Shown in pieces: positions 29,549-40,017 of a stretch of DNA of 64,000 nt. Within the stretch, counting starts at the first letter, position 1. Every line of letters starts with the position of its first letter. The translations under genes were made by a program, and so were the position numbers. Below the pieces are notes generated by a model. The model did no database searches. It was not told where the DNA came from and saw only the letters and a list, made by a program, of their open reading frames with translations. The DNA comes from Bacteroidales bacterium (GTDB lineage: Bacteria; Bacteroidota; Bacteroidia; Bacteroidales; JAIOZK01), in NCBI GenBank assembly GCA_021740625.1, contig JAIOZK010000002.1, positions 248,497 through 312,496 of the forward strand, given 5' to 3'.

Positions 29549-30013
29549 ATGTTGAAGAAAACGCTCTTTTTTGCGATCCTGGCCATATCACTGCTTTATC
29601 ATGCATGTGATGATAAAGCCGTTTGTACGGAAATGGCTACAGCTTATCTTCAAACGGGTTTTTACAAAGCCTTTGAAGGGGAGGAACAGGATTCAGCGCT
29701 TGACAATGTCACGGTTTACGGTTTGGGTATACCGGAACCTGTAATACAGAACGACAGCAATGTAAAACAATTGAAACTCCCGTTGAATTTCAGCAGCGAT
29801 CATTCGGTGTTTGTGATCACCAACGATACGGTTAGTGACACCCTCTACCTGACATATGATACTACGCTGACTTTCGTTTCTTATGAATGCGGCTTTGCTC
29901 CGAGCTATGATATACAGGATGTGGGCAGTTCCAACAATGGCTTCGATTCGGTCATAATTGTGAAATCACTGGTAGAAACTGATGATGAGGAAAATATTAA
30001 AATATACCTTTAG
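29549..30013 (+). CDS. Bacteroidota lipoprotein (DUF6452-like)
   Basis: Lipobox-like YHAC; LKLPLN, DTLYLTY, FVSYECGF, ENIKIY patterns. Confidence 0.65.
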   Translation: MLKKTLFFAILAISLLYHACDDKAVCTEMATAYLQTGFYKAFEGEEQDSALDNVTVYGLGIPEPVIQNDSNVKQLKLPLNFSSDHSVFVITNDTVSDTLYLTYDTTLTFVSYECGFAPSYDIQDVGSSNNGFDSVIIVKSLVETDDEENIKIYL

Positions 30014-30641
30014 TTTGCTTCTTCTGCTTCCCCTGACTGTTTCTGCACAGGACAGCACAAAGCTTTTTAGTTCTGTTACCTTTACAGCCGATCTGGGAGC
30101 TGCCTCCATACAGTTTTTTGATGAGCAGAGGACTTCCTATGCTTTTGCTGTTGATATGCAAATTCGTAAAAATTATTTTGTTGGAATGATAGGAGGATGG
30201 CAGCAGGTGAAAAAAGCGGGTGATTTCTTTAATTATCGTTCCAGTGGCATTTTTTTAAAATCTGATTTCAAATACGATTTCCTTAAAAAGAAGGATTCGG
30301 ATAAAACCAGCATCGCGTACATAAGCGGGCGATTGTCTTATTCCCGCTTCAATCAAAGCATTGAGGATGTGGTGCTCAGAAATACCTATTGGGGCAAGGA
30401 AACATTTGATCTGCAAAAACAGAAATTGAATGCTTTATGGCTGGAAATTGGTGGAGGTATACGCGCAGATATGTTCCACAACTTTATGCTGGGCTGGAAT
30501 CTTCATATAAGGGTGATGGCTTTAAAACCGGATTACTACCTGATACCGCCCAAATATATACCCGGTTTTGGCAGTGGCGAAGAAACTGTTGTTTTTGGAT
30601 TTGAATATACTTTGTCTTACCGCATCCCTTTGGCACAATAG
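29982..30641 (+). CDS. Outer-membrane beta-barrel protein (DUF6048-like)
   Basis: Signal peptide, alternating aromatic beta strands, YIPGFG, C-terminal YTLSYRIP; overlaps the upstream lipoprotein gene. Confidence 0.65.
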   Translation: MMRKILKYTFSLLLLLPLTVSAQDSTKLFSSVTFTADLGAASIQFFDEQRTSYAFAVDMQIRKNYFVGMIGGWQQVKKAGDFFNYRSSGIFLKSDFKYDFLKKKDSDKTSIAYISGRLSYSRFNQSIEDVVLRNTYWGKETFDLQKQKLNALWLEIGGGIRADMFHNFMLGWNLHIRVMALKPDYYLIPPKYIPGFGSGEETVVFGFEYTLSYRIPLAQ

Positions 30642-30701
30642 CAGATTCTTATTATCTTTAATGCGTTATGCGGTTAGCGTGTAAATAATTGTAAATCAAA
30701 T

Positions 30702-30725
30702 CACACTTAGCGGAGCCGAAGTGTG
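30702..30725. repeat. Degenerate REP-like hairpin (CACACTTAGCGGAGCCGAAGTGTG)
   Basis: Short inverted repeat related to the CTTCGA...CGCTCAG elements at 44165 and 59078. Confidence 0.45.
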
Positions 30726-30830
30726 ATGGCCGAGTCTTTGACTCCGATAAGTCTGACTGTTAGTCTGTTGCATAATCAAACCGCAGAATATGTTACCTTA
30801 GTACAAATGATGATCAAAACGCATACAAAT

Positions 30831-31940
30831 ATGGATGAAATCACTGAGTTTTTAAAATCAGGCGACTGGTATATCAGCCTGATCCTGCTTGCAGCATCGG
30901 TATTTGCTGCATTTCTTTTGAGGATCATTGCCATGTTTGTGATCCGGAAGATTTCCAAAATATCCCACTACGAGAATTTATATACCTACTCATTGATGTT
31001 CAGGGCATCGGGAACACTTTTTCTGATGCTGGTTCTGTTTTTTATTGTTTCTCCCTTTCTGAACTTTCCTGCCGGGCTCATGGGAATCTTCAGACAGGCC
31101 TGGACCATCCTGTTGATCGTTGATATTGCATGGCTCATGATCAGGATGGTAAGGACCATTAAGCTGCTGTTGCTACAGCGATATGATATTAAGGCCACTG
31201 ATAATCTACGGGCGCGCAAGGTATACACACAGTTCCGGATACTTGAACAAATTCTGGTGGTGATCATCATTCTCATTGCCCTTGCGGTGGCCCTGATGAC
31301 CTTTGACAAAGTGCGGGAGATTGGTGTGAGTATCCTGGCTTCGGCCGGACTGGCAGGTATTGTGCTTGGGTTTGCCGCGCAGAAAAGCCTGGCCAATGTG
31401 ATTGCCGGGATACAAATCGCCATATCACAACCCCTGCGCCTGGATGATGTGGTTGTGGTGGAAGGGGAATGGGGCAGGGTAGAGGAGATCACCCTGACCT
31501 ATGTGGTCATCAACATCTGGGACGAGCGGCGTCTGGTCCTGCCCATTACCTATTTTGTTGAAAATCATTTTCAGAACTGGACCCGTTCCTCCTCCAGAAT
31601 ATTGGGCACTGTTTATTTACATGTAGACTATAAATTTCCGGTGGAAGAATTGCGTAAGGAATTGAAAAGGATTGTACAAAACACAGAATTATGGGACGGA
31701 CGTGTAAACAATATACAGGTAACGGGAAGCAATGAAAAAACCATGGAAGTGCGGGCGCTGGTCAGTGCTTCCGATTCATCCAAAGCCTGGGATCTCCGGG
31801 TGCTGGTTAGAGAAAAACTCATCGAATTTATCAGGAAGCAATATCCGGATTTCTTGCCACAAAGCAGGCTCATCCTGAACGAAAAGCAGAAAAACAAAAA
31901 AGCATCCCCCGAAAAACCGGAGGATGCCCCAAATTATTAA
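30831..31940 (+). CDS. Small-conductance mechanosensitive channel (MscS family)
   Basis: ILASAGLAGIVLGFAAQKSLANVIAG, GRVEEITLTY, FQNWT; start taken at MDEITEF. Confidence 0.9.
   Translation: MDEITEFLKSGDWYISLILLAASVFAAFLLRIIAMFVIRKISKISHYENLYTYSLMFRASGTLFLMLVLFFIVSPFLNFPAGLMGIFRQAWTILLIVDIAWLMIRMVRTIKLLLLQRYDIKATDNLRARKVYTQFRILEQILVVIIILIALAVALMTFDKVREIGVSILASAGLAGIVLGFAAQKSLANVIAGIQIAISQPLRLDDVVVVEGEWGRVEEITLTYVVINIWDERRLVLPITYFVENHFQNWTRSSSRILGTVYLHVDYKFPVEELRKELKRIVQNTELWDGRVNNIQVTGSNEKTMEVRALVSASDSSKAWDLRVLVREKLIEFIRKQYPDFLPQSRLILNEKQKNKKASPEKPEDAPNY
31897..31928 (-). terminator. Intrinsic terminator for gdhA, lying within the 3' end of the MscS gene
   Basis: Minus strand GCATCCTCCG(G)-TTTTT-CGGGGGATGC followed by a T run. 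Confidence 0.7.
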
Positions 31941-31954
31941 TTATTAATTATTAA

Positions 31955-33295
31955 TTAAATAATCCCTTCATCCAGCATGGCATTTGCCACCTTCAGGAAT
32001 CCTGCAACATTGGCTCCTTTCACATAGTTGATATAGCCATCTTCGTCTGTTCCGTGTTTTACGCAGGTATCGTGTATGTCGATCATGATCTGATGCAATC
32101 TTCTGTCGACTTCTTCCCTGGGCCAGTTAAGTTTCATGGAGTTTTGCGACATTTCGAGGCCAGATGTTGCAACGCCACCGGCATTTACAGCTTTGCCGGG
32201 CCCGAACAGGATCTTGTTTTCCTGGAAGATCTCAACGGCTTCTGGTGTACAGGGCATATTTGCTCCTTCAGCCACGAAGCTAACTCCGTTTTTCACCAGT
32301 GAAGCTGCATCTTCTTTGTTCAGCTCATTTTGTGTTGCGCAGGGCAATGCTACATCGCATTTCACTTCCCACGGACGTTTCCCCTGATAAAACTTGGCTT
32401 CCGGGAATTCGTAAGAATAGGGTTTTACGATGTCTTCGTTGGAAGCTCTTAGCTCAAGCATAAAGTCGATCTTATCTCCCGAGATACCATCCGGGTCGTA
32501 AATATAACCGTCAGGACCAGAGATGGTAACAACTTTAGCGCCTAGTTCAGTGGCTTTCTGAGCTGCACCCCAGGCAACATTGCCAAAGCCTGAAATGGCT
32601 ACCAGTTTTCCTTCCAGTGATTCACCCTTGGTTTTGAGCATTTCCTTGGCGAAGTAAACCGTTCCAAATCCTGTAGCTTCAGGACGGATGAGGCTTCCGC
32701 CCCAGTTGATGCCTTTTCCCGTAAGCACGCCAGTATGCTCACGCGCAAGTTTTTTGTATGTACCGTAGAGATATCCAATCTCTTTACCGCCTACACCGAT
32801 ATCCCCGGCTGGTACATCTGTGTCGGGACCAATGGCATGCCAAAGCTCCAGCATGAACGACTGGCAGAAACGCATGATCTCAGTATCGGATTTTCCTTTC
32901 GGATCGAAATCGGATCCGCCTTTGCCACCTCCCATAGGAAGGGTTGTCAGGCTGTTTTTGAAGATTTGCTCAAATCCGAGAAACTTCAGGATACTCAGGT
33001 TAACACTTGGGTGGAAACGCAAACCGCCTTTGTAAGGTCCGATTGCGTTGTTGAACTGTACACGGTAACCAATATTTACGTGTACTTTACCATTGTCATC
33101 AATCCACGGTATTTTAAAAGTGAAAACCCGGTCGGGTTCGATAATTCTTTCCACAATACCGGCGGCTTCGAAATGCGGATTTTCGTTCACCACGTCTTCA
33201 ATTGATTCCAGAACCTCATGAACAGCCTGCAAATATTCAGTTTCCCCAGGATGTTTCTTCTCAAGGCCGATCATAATTTTTTCAATATCCATCAC
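31955..33295 (-). CDS. gdhA: NAD(P)-specific glutamate dehydrogenase
   Basis: GPYKGGLRFHPSV, MGGGKGGSDF, DVPAGDIGVG, EATGFG, GFGNVA, PCATQNE, EGANMP. Confidence 0.97.
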   Translation of the reverse strand: MMDIEKIMIGLEKKHPGETEYLQAVHEVLESIEDVVNENPHFEAAGIVERIIEPDRVFTFKIPWIDDNGKVHVNIGYRVQFNNAIGPYKGGLRFHPSVNLSILKFLGFEQIFKNSLTTLPMGGGKGGSDFDPKGKSDTEIMRFCQSFMLELWHAIGPDTDVPAGDIGVGGKEIGYLYGTYKKLAREHTGVLTGKGINWGGSLIRPEATGFGTVYFAKEMLKTKGESLEGKLVAISGFGNVAWGAAQKATELGAKVVTISGPDGYIYDPDGISGDKIDFMLELRASNEDIVKPYSYEFPEAKFYQGKRPWEVKCDVALPCATQNELNKEDAASLVKNGVSFVAEGANMPCTPEAVEIFQENKILFGPGKAVNAGGVATSGLEMSQNSMKLNWPREEVDRRLHQIMIDIHDTCVKHGTDEDGYINYVKGANVAGFLKVANAMLDEGII

Positions 33296-33420
33296 TACTA
33301 GATTTAAAAGGTTTATAAATGAAAATATTTTTGTTAATAATTAACACTGTTAAAGAATTAACAGCACAAAATTACATCTATTTAGGTGATTAGCAAACAA
33401 AAAACGGAATATTTTATGAA

Positions 33421-33553
33421 CTAAATTTCGAATATCGAACACCCAATGTCGAATTTCGAAGTTGGGGGTTACCTCCTGTTCGACATTCGTTATTTAGTAT
33501 TGGATATTCGACATTCAAATATCCAATATCCAATATCCAACATTCAATAATCA
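33421..33553. repeat. Heptamer-period tandem and inverted repeat tract (TCGAATA / ATATCCA type)
   Basis: TTTCGAATATCGAAC...TGTCGAATTTCGAAG facing TTCGACATTCG...GATATTCGACATTC, then (AATATCC)x3. Confidence 0.7.
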
Positions 33554-33667
33554 ATGAGTACTCACGCCCGAAATTGGATATTGCATTTGTGCATTTTAGG
33601 TGTTGACAATTTGCCTGTACAATTAAAAAAAATCAAAACCGGATTGCCGCCGACTGCCACATGCCGG

Positions 33668-34324
33668 CTACTCCCCGCTGCTGCCAACCACCTCACCTTC
33701 CTCATATTCCAATTTCTCAACGACATTCCCCTCCGGATCATACAGGATCTCACGGCCATGTTTCTCATTATTTTTATAAGTTGTAACAGCTTTCAGGCTG
33801 CCATCGGGGTAAAATGCTTTTTGTACGCCATCACCCATATCGTAATTGCCAACACCCACGATAATTCCCATATTATCCTTGTAAAGCCAGCGGCCGTGAT
33901 ATTTACCCTTTACAAAGCTACCTTCGATCATCGGTCTGCCGTTTTTATACCACTTTTTATATGCTCCATGCAAGGTGTCATTTACATAATGTTGAAGCTC
34001 TTCTCTGTTTCCATTTTCATAATAAGCTGTGGAAGGACCGTTCAACATATCATTCCGGTAGCTTTCCTCGAGCTGCTTTTCCCCATTCTCATACCACCTG
34101 GCGGATTTTCCTTCAAGCGAACCATGCTCATAAGTAGACAACATGAACACTTGCCCGTTTTCATACCACCATTTGGCTTCACCATGGATCACATCATCCT
34201 GGTATGGGATTTCTGATTTCTTGTTACCGTTTTCATAATGATCGGTTTCAGTCCTTTTGCAGGAAGCTGTTGCAACAATAAGGATGATCAGAAAAAAGTA
34301 ATTAGTTGAAGAATTCAAACGCAT
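33668..34324 (-). CDS. MORN-variant repeat lipoprotein (YwqK-like)
   Basis: Lipobox-like TASC; repeated WYENG...HG units. Confidence 0.8.
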   Translation of the reverse strand: MRLNSSTNYFFLIILIVATASCKRTETDHYENGNKKSEIPYQDDVIHGEAKWWYENGQVFMLSTYEHGSLEGKSARWYENGEKQLEESYRNDMLNGPSTAYYENGNREELQHYVNDTLHGAYKKWYKNGRPMIEGSFVKGKYHGRWLYKDNMGIIVGVGNYDMGDGVQKAFYPDGSLKAVTTYKNNEKHGREILYDPEGNVVEKLEYEEGEVVGSSGE

Positions 34325-36863
34325 TTCTTTCTCTTTTCGTTTTGTAAGGCTTCTGGTTCAAAAAATGATAATTGGGTTGTTTTACCATGCGATAGTTCCG
34401 GTAATTGTAAATGTTCCAGTAGGCATTTTCATGTCCGCCTTTCCGGGTATTCCTGAAAACATATTTCCCGCGGATCATTTGCGGGGAAAAATAGGGCAGG
34501 CAATCTTTGAAATCCGTTCCGAAATTCATCAGGGCCGATAAAAAATACATGCCAATGTCGAAACCCTGAAAAGCAAAGTAGTCGGGTTCGGTATGGAATC
34601 TTTGCCTGAACTTTTTGATGAAGCAGGAAGTTATTTCCTGATCATAATCCACAAAACCCGGGGCAAGTACGTGCAGGTCCAGGTTGAGGTAGAGTTCCGG
34701 TTCGAATTCGGCAAAATCATCCCAGTTGGGCAGCCCGAAAAGATGGATGTCAAAAGTATCCCGTAAAACATTCAGATTGACCAGGATGTCCAGCATCTGG
34801 CTTTTGTCCTCTGTAAGGGCGATGATCACATTATCCCTGACCACGGAAGCATTGTTGATGATGCCTTGTGCACTGTCTGTTTTATAGATTACTTCCGTGA
34901 TGCGGTTTGGAATGATGGTGGAATCGCTGATCAGGGTGTCGAACACATCCCTGGGATAAAGCATGTTTTCCACTTTCAGGGAGGCAAGCAATTCGAATTC
35001 TTCATCTTCCTCTTTTGCATCATCCAGTTGTTCAAAAACATCCTGTGAGCGTTCCACCAGGATATTCTGCAGGGCATGGTTGGGAACGGTATAAGCCCAG
35101 GGGATATATTCACTGAATGCTGCAAAGAACTCATTCACCTCATCCTGGTAGCGGTATTCATTGTCCCTTACCAGGATGATCTTGGCATCGGGGTATTTTT
35201 GCAAAACAAAATCCACCACCTGTTCGATCTGCTTTTCCATAGAGGGCTGGACTTTAAAAGCGAAGGGATTGTTTTCAACCAGCTCTGGCGTGTTGGTAAA
35301 CGGATTGACGATGTTGATCTGGTACAATTTGGCAAAACGCGCAACGATCCCGAAATTTTGTCTGAAAAGGGGACCGATGATCAGGTCCATGTCCCGGAGT
35401 TCAGGCTTTTTCAGTATCTGGTAGGTTGCGTCTGCATCTGTGCCAACGTCATAAACGTAAAGCTCTGTTTTCAAACCCTGCTGTATGAGGGTATCCATGG
35501 CTATCTTCAGTCCTTCATAAAACTGGATGAAACGGAATGGGGCGGGCAATACATCTTTGTTTTCTTCCATGAGCTGATCCCACTGGAGACTGTCAGCCTC
35601 CTCCAGGTAAAAAGGGAGCATGAGGGCAATTTTGTAAGTATGATCGAGATTTTCCTGCCTGTTTGCATAGCACAGCAGACTGTCCTGCTCAGGCAACTCT
35701 TCGATCCGGATGATCTCCAGTTGTTTGCTTGTATCTTTCTTGGCGATGGGCATTTTTTCATATTGAACAGGGATCCTGACGATCTGTCCACGATAAGCTT
35801 TTCTTTTGATCTCGGGGTTGATCTCCTGCAAATCCGAAACCTGCACGCCATACTTTTTGGCGATCTTATGCAGTTTTTCTTTTCGTTCTTCTACTTTGTG
35901 AATGATGTACTTTTTGTTTTCTTTGGATACAGGGATGTTGATAATCTGCCCGATCCTGAGATCTTCTTTGAGGCCTTTGTTGAATAACATCAAACTGTCG
36001 AGGCTTACCTTATAAGTTCTCGCGATCCTGTATAAAGTTTCCCCCTTTTTTACTTCATGTTTTACAAAGCCATCTTCTACGGTCTTTTGTTCTGTAGTGC
36101 TTTCTTCCTGTAGAATTTCTTCTTCATGTTTTCCGGGTATCCTGATGATCTGCCCGATGGCAATATCGGGTGTAAGTCCGGGATTGATCTCCCTGATATC
36201 CCCGAGGCTTACTTCGTAAAGTTTGGAGATACGATAAAGTGTCTGGCCTTTCTGAACCACATGTTTGGTATATTCCGTATCTTCAGGGATGTTTAATGGA
36301 AGTATCTTTTCTTTCGGAACAGTGGTATCTTGGCTGACTGCCTCTTTACGTCCGGGCCTGACTAGCTCACTCCTCCCGGTTTTGGGCACAGGTTCTTGCG
36401 AAATTTCTTTGCTGACATTTACGGGTACTTTAACGTACTCCCCATCTTTCAGGGGTTCTCGTAGATCGGGATTGGCACTTTTGATCAGCCTGGGATCGAT
36501 CACATAGATATATCCTACATCTTTGAATGTTTCCCCGGCTCTTGAAATGTGATAGAAAAAGTCGAATTTACCATCGCTCAATGGTTCAAATCCTTCCGGT
36601 TCAAATGATCTGAAAGGGATCTTCAGTTCCTGTCCGATGCTCAGTTCTTTACTTGCATCAGGATTGTTTTCCCTGATATCGTTCAGGCTGGTGCTGTATG
36701 CCCGGGCAATGGAGTAAAGGGTCTGGCCTTTATCTACTTTGTGGATATAGTAATCCTGTCCGTTGATTTTTTCAATGCGATCCGATCTCTCGATTTCAAT
36801 ACCTTGCGGAAACAGTTGTGCCGCCGACAATAGCAGAAGAAGTACTGTGCAGTAATATTTCAC
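34302..36863 (-). CDS. LysM repeat peptidoglycan-binding protein with a periplasmic-binding-fold C-terminus
   Basis: Five LysM-like units (HxVxKGxTLYxIA...N...GQxxxIP), then KIALMLPF, FYEG, DLIIGP, QGFDIG. Confidence 0.88.
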   Translation of the reverse strand: MKYYCTVLLLLLSAAQLFPQGIEIERSDRIEKINGQDYYIHKVDKGQTLYSIARAYSTSLNDIRENNPDASKELSIGQELKIPFRSFEPEGFEPLSDGKFDFFYHISRAGETFKDVGYIYVIDPRLIKSANPDLREPLKDGEYVKVPVNVSKEISQEPVPKTGRSELVRPGRKEAVSQDTTVPKEKILPLNIPEDTEYTKHVVQKGQTLYRISKLYEVSLGDIREINPGLTPDIAIGQIIRIPGKHEEEILQEESTTEQKTVEDGFVKHEVKKGETLYRIARTYKVSLDSLMLFNKGLKEDLRIGQIINIPVSKENKKYIIHKVEERKEKLHKIAKKYGVQVSDLQEINPEIKRKAYRGQIVRIPVQYEKMPIAKKDTSKQLEIIRIEELPEQDSLLCYANRQENLDHTYKIALMLPFYLEEADSLQWDQLMEENKDVLPAPFRFIQFYEGLKIAMDTLIQQGLKTELYVYDVGTDADATYQILKKPELRDMDLIIGPLFRQNFGIVARFAKLYQINIVNPFTNTPELVENNPFAFKVQPSMEKQIEQVVDFVLQKYPDAKIILVRDNEYRYQDEVNEFFAAFSEYIPWAYTVPNHALQNILVERSQDVFEQLDDAKEEDEEFELLASLKVENMLYPRDVFDTLISDSTIIPNRITEVIYKTDSAQGIINNASVVRDNVIIALTEDKSQMLDILVNLNVLRDTFDIHLFGLPNWDDFAEFEPELYLNLDLHVLAPGFVDYDQEITSCFIKKFRQRFHTEPDYFAFQGFDIGMYFLSALMNFGTDFKDCLPYFSPQMIRGKYVFRNTRKGGHENAYWNIYNYRNYRMVKQPNYHFLNQKPYKTKRERNAFEFFN

Positions 36864-36935
36864 CCTAACAGAATTTATGATTCGGAGTAAATTTATGAAA
36901 TATATTGCAAAACGTGCCGAAAGTTTATTAATTGC

Positions 36936-38465
36936 TTATTCCCATTCAATGGTTGATGGGGGCTTGGAGCTGATGTCGTAAACCACCCTGTTTACGCCTT
37001 TTACCTTGTTGATGATGTCGCTGGATATTTTGGCCAGGAATTCATAGGGTAGATGTGACCAGTCGGCCGTCATTCCATCGGTGGATCCCACAGCCCGGAG
37101 GGCCACGACATTTTCGTAGGTCCTTTCATCGCCCATTACTCCCACCGATTGTATGGGAAGCAATATTGCTCCGGCCTGCCAGACTTTATCGTAAAGATCA
37201 TTCTTTTTTAATCCTTCAATGTACAGTTGGTCTACTTCCTGCAATATTCTTACCTTTTCGGCTGTGATGTCTCCCAGAATCCTGATGCCCAGACCCGGGC
37301 CGGGGAAAGGATGTCTTGACAAAATATCTTTCGGCATCTTGAGTGCACTACCGATCACCCTTACTTCATCCTTGAACAAGGTGCGCAGCGGTTCCACAAC
37401 TTTCATTTTCATCTTGGCCGGCAATCCGCCAACATTGTGATGGGATTTGATGGTTACAGAGGGGCCGTTCACAGATACCGATTCGATCACATCCGGGTAA
37501 ATGGTGCCCTGCGCAAGCCACTTTACATCTTTAATTTTATGGGCCTCTTCATCAAATACATCGATAAATGTGCTGCCGATGATCTTTCTTTTTTTCTCGG
37601 GATCGGTGGCTTCTTTCAGGTTTCCCAGGAATCGTTCTTTGGCATCCACACCTTTCACATTCAGGCCCAGGCCTTCATATTGCTGTAAAACTGTTTCGAA
37701 TTCATTTTTACGCAGTAGACCGTTATCCACAAAGATACAATGCAGGTTCTTCCCGATTGCCCTGTGCAAAAGCATCGCTGCCACGGAAGAATCCACACCA
37801 CCGGATAATCCCAGGACAACTTTATCGTTACCGAGTTGTTTTACCAGTCCGTTCACACTGTCTTCAATAAAAGAAATGGGGGTCCAACTCTGGGAGCATT
37901 TGCAAACATTGACAAGGTAGTTTTCGAGGATGAGTTTTCCTTCTACTGAATGATAAACTTCGGGGTGAAACTGCAATCCGAAAATATTGTGGTCTTTCAT
38001 CCAGAAGCCCGCAACCTGCACATCTTCTGTTGAAGCAATGGGTTCATAGGTTTTTGGAAGATGGGTGATGGTATCACCGTGTGACATCCACACCTGGCTG
38101 CCAGAAGAAACACCTTTCATCAGCGGGTTTTCGTAATTTACATAGCCTATGTTGGCCCGGCCGTATTCCCGTATGGTGGAGTGGATCATTTCGGCGCCGT
38201 CTTCCAGGGCCAGAAGTTGAGCCCCGTAACAAACACCCAGGACCGGATAGTTCTTTTTCAGTTCCTTCAGATTTGGTCGTGGAGCGCCTTTGTCATAAAC
38301 CGAAAAGGGACTGCCTGATAAAATAACACCCTTGATGTTTTCCTTTTTTTCAGGGATTTTGTTGAAGGGATGAATTTCGCAGTAAACATTTAACTCACGT
38401 ACCCTGCGTGCGATCAACTGGGTGTATTGCGAACCGAAGTCGAGAATGATAATTGTTTCTTCCAT
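36936..38465 (-). CDS. guaA: GMP synthase (glutamine-hydrolysing)
   Basis: [60 protein letters not shown]. Confidence 0.97.
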   Translation of the reverse strand: MEETIIILDFGSQYTQLIARRVRELNVYCEIHPFNKIPEKKENIKGVILSGSPFSVYDKGAPRPNLKELKKNYPVLGVCYGAQLLALEDGAEMIHSTIREYGRANIGYVNYENPLMKGVSSGSQVWMSHGDTITHLPKTYEPIASTEDVQVAGFWMKDHNIFGLQFHPEVYHSVEGKLILENYLVNVCKCSQSWTPISFIEDSVNGLVKQLGNDKVVLGLSGGVDSSVAAMLLHRAIGKNLHCIFVDNGLLRKNEFETVLQQYEGLGLNVKGVDAKERFLGNLKEATDPEKKRKIIGSTFIDVFDEEAHKIKDVKWLAQGTIYPDVIESVSVNGPSVTIKSHHNVGGLPAKMKMKVVEPLRTLFKDEVRVIGSALKMPKDILSRHPFPGPGLGIRILGDITAEKVRILQEVDQLYIEGLKKNDLYDKVWQAGAILLPIQSVGVMGDERTYENVVALRAVGSTDGMTADWSHLPYEFLAKISSDIINKVKGVNRVVYDISSKPPSTIEWE

Positions 38466-38599
38466 CTTACAAAATTATTATAATTTGCTCAAAATCCGGT
38501 GGTGATGTGCGTAACTTGTGAAAACATACAATTTCTTTTTTTGCCATGGAGACCAGATTATTTATTCGTAATTTCGTAATAAGATAAAATGAAAGAATT

Positions 38600-39067
38600 A
38601 TGGCTAAAAGAAAGAAGAAGAAGGGCAATGTATTTGCCTGGATCATTATCATACTGGCATTGGTAGTAATTGGATATTTCCTTTACCCCAGGGTATATCC
38701 CGGGATCAAAAACTTTTTTACAAAACCACCTGCAGAAGCACCATCTGATGTACATGTACTTGAAAACCATCCTTTAACAGGTTTTACGTGGGTGAGTGAT
38801 CTGGACGGGGCCATGATGGAACTCAAAAGCAATGGCAGCTTTACAGTTGATTTTCCGGGAGTGGATGACAGACGTAAGATTTTCGGGCATTTTAAAATGG
38901 ACGGAGAACGCATCATTTTCGTGAACCATCCTTCCACTGCCATTTGTGTAGGCGAAGAAGGTGTTTATAAATACGAGCTAAAAGATGGAAATCTCAACTT
39001 CGAGATCATCAGCGATGGCTGCAAACACCGAAGGGAGCATATGGAGATGGGGTGGTTTAAGTTGTGA
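38600..39067 (+). CDS. Hypothetical membrane-anchored protein
   Basis: Basic N-terminus, one TM helix, beta-rich soluble domain with two Cys. Confidence 0.65.
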   Translation: MAKRKKKKGNVFAWIIIILALVVIGYFLYPRVYPGIKNFFTKPPAEAPSDVHVLENHPLTGFTWVSDLDGAMMELKSNGSFTVDFPGVDDRRKIFGHFKMDGERIIFVNHPSTAICVGEEGVYKYELKDGNLNFEIISDGCKHRREHMEMGWFKL

Positions 39068-39140
39068 GTGGTGAGTAGTGAGTAGTGGTTGCTGTCTTGG
39101 TCGATGGTTGTTAGTCATTAGTCATTAGTCATTAGTCATT
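39064..39140. repeat. Heptamer tandem repeats between convergent genes
   Basis: (GTGAGTR)x3 and (TTAGTCA)x4. Confidence 0.8.
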
Positions 39141-39165
39141 TCCCTGTCTTCTGTTGATCCAGGAA

Positions 39166-40014
39166 CTAAAGCAACCACCTTTCCGCCCGTTCCGGTTTTT
39201 CCGGGTCAAAAACAACCACGCTTAACTCCGGTCCGTCTGTAGCGGCATTGAAGGCCCAGGTTTTTCCGATCTTTTCTTTCCATTCACCTGTGATCCTGGT
39301 AGATTCATGGATATGACCGTGCATGCTCACAAGCGGGGATTTTTCCTCGATGAAATCCTTCACCGCGATGCTGCCCACATGCAGATCCAGGGGAACATGA
39401 TCGATCATCTGACCGTCGAGGGCTGCCCGGTCAAGATTTGTTTCGTAAGGAGGTGTATGAAAAAGGAAAAGGCCTTTTGAAAGATCTTCTCTCCCGGCAA
39501 GTGTCTCAAGATCTTTTTTGATGCTGGTCCACTCCAGGTTCTTTTCAGCGTCTACACTCCTGAATCCCTCCGTGGGGTGTATGCAACCAGGATCTACGTA
39601 GCGGGAAACATCATATTTTTCCCAATCTTTGAGGCGAAAAGGGGTAGGGGGGACGATGGCATAACCATAAAAATCATAACCCCATTTTTTTATTTTCCTG
39701 TTATGCAGATAATACCACAGGTCTTCTTTTTCTTCGACTTCCCGGAAACTCGCTTCATTCACCCTGGGATCATCATTGCCCAGTATGAGAAAAACCCCGG
39801 GATAATCTTCTTTCATCTGTTCCCGCAAGGCTGAAAAGTTTTTCAACAGGTAATCGTGGGTAAAATCATCTACGGCAACACTGGCCGAAAAACCATGTGG
39901 TAACAGGTCTCCACCCATGAAAAGACCATCGGGCTGTGTTTCGCGTACCAGGCTGAATAACTTGTAGTAGCGGTCGGTTTTGCCATGCAGATCGGAAACG
40001 AAGAAAAATTTCAT
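39166..40014 (-). CDS. Calcineurin-like metallophosphoesterase (Icc-related)
   Basis: SDLHG, GGDL, GNDD, FHTPP and HGHIHE motifs. Confidence 0.88.
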   Translation of the reverse strand: MKFFFVSDLHGKTDRYYKLFSLVRETQPDGLFMGGDLLPHGFSASVAVDDFTHDYLLKNFSALREQMKEDYPGVFLILGNDDPRVNEASFREVEEKEDLWYYLHNRKIKKWGYDFYGYAIVPPTPFRLKDWEKYDVSRYVDPGCIHPTEGFRSVDAEKNLEWTSIKKDLETLAGREDLSKGLFLFHTPPYETNLDRAALDGQMIDHVPLDLHVGSIAVKDFIEEKSPLVSMHGHIHESTRITGEWKEKIGKTWAFNAATDGPELSVVVFDPEKPERAERWLL

Positions 40015-40017
40015 GCC

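Noticed and set aside
33668-34324. YwqK-like gene as part of a toxin-antitoxin system
   Set aside because: It is a lipoprotein overlapping the LysM gene downstream of guaA with no adjacent toxin; better read as a MORN-repeat envelope protein.
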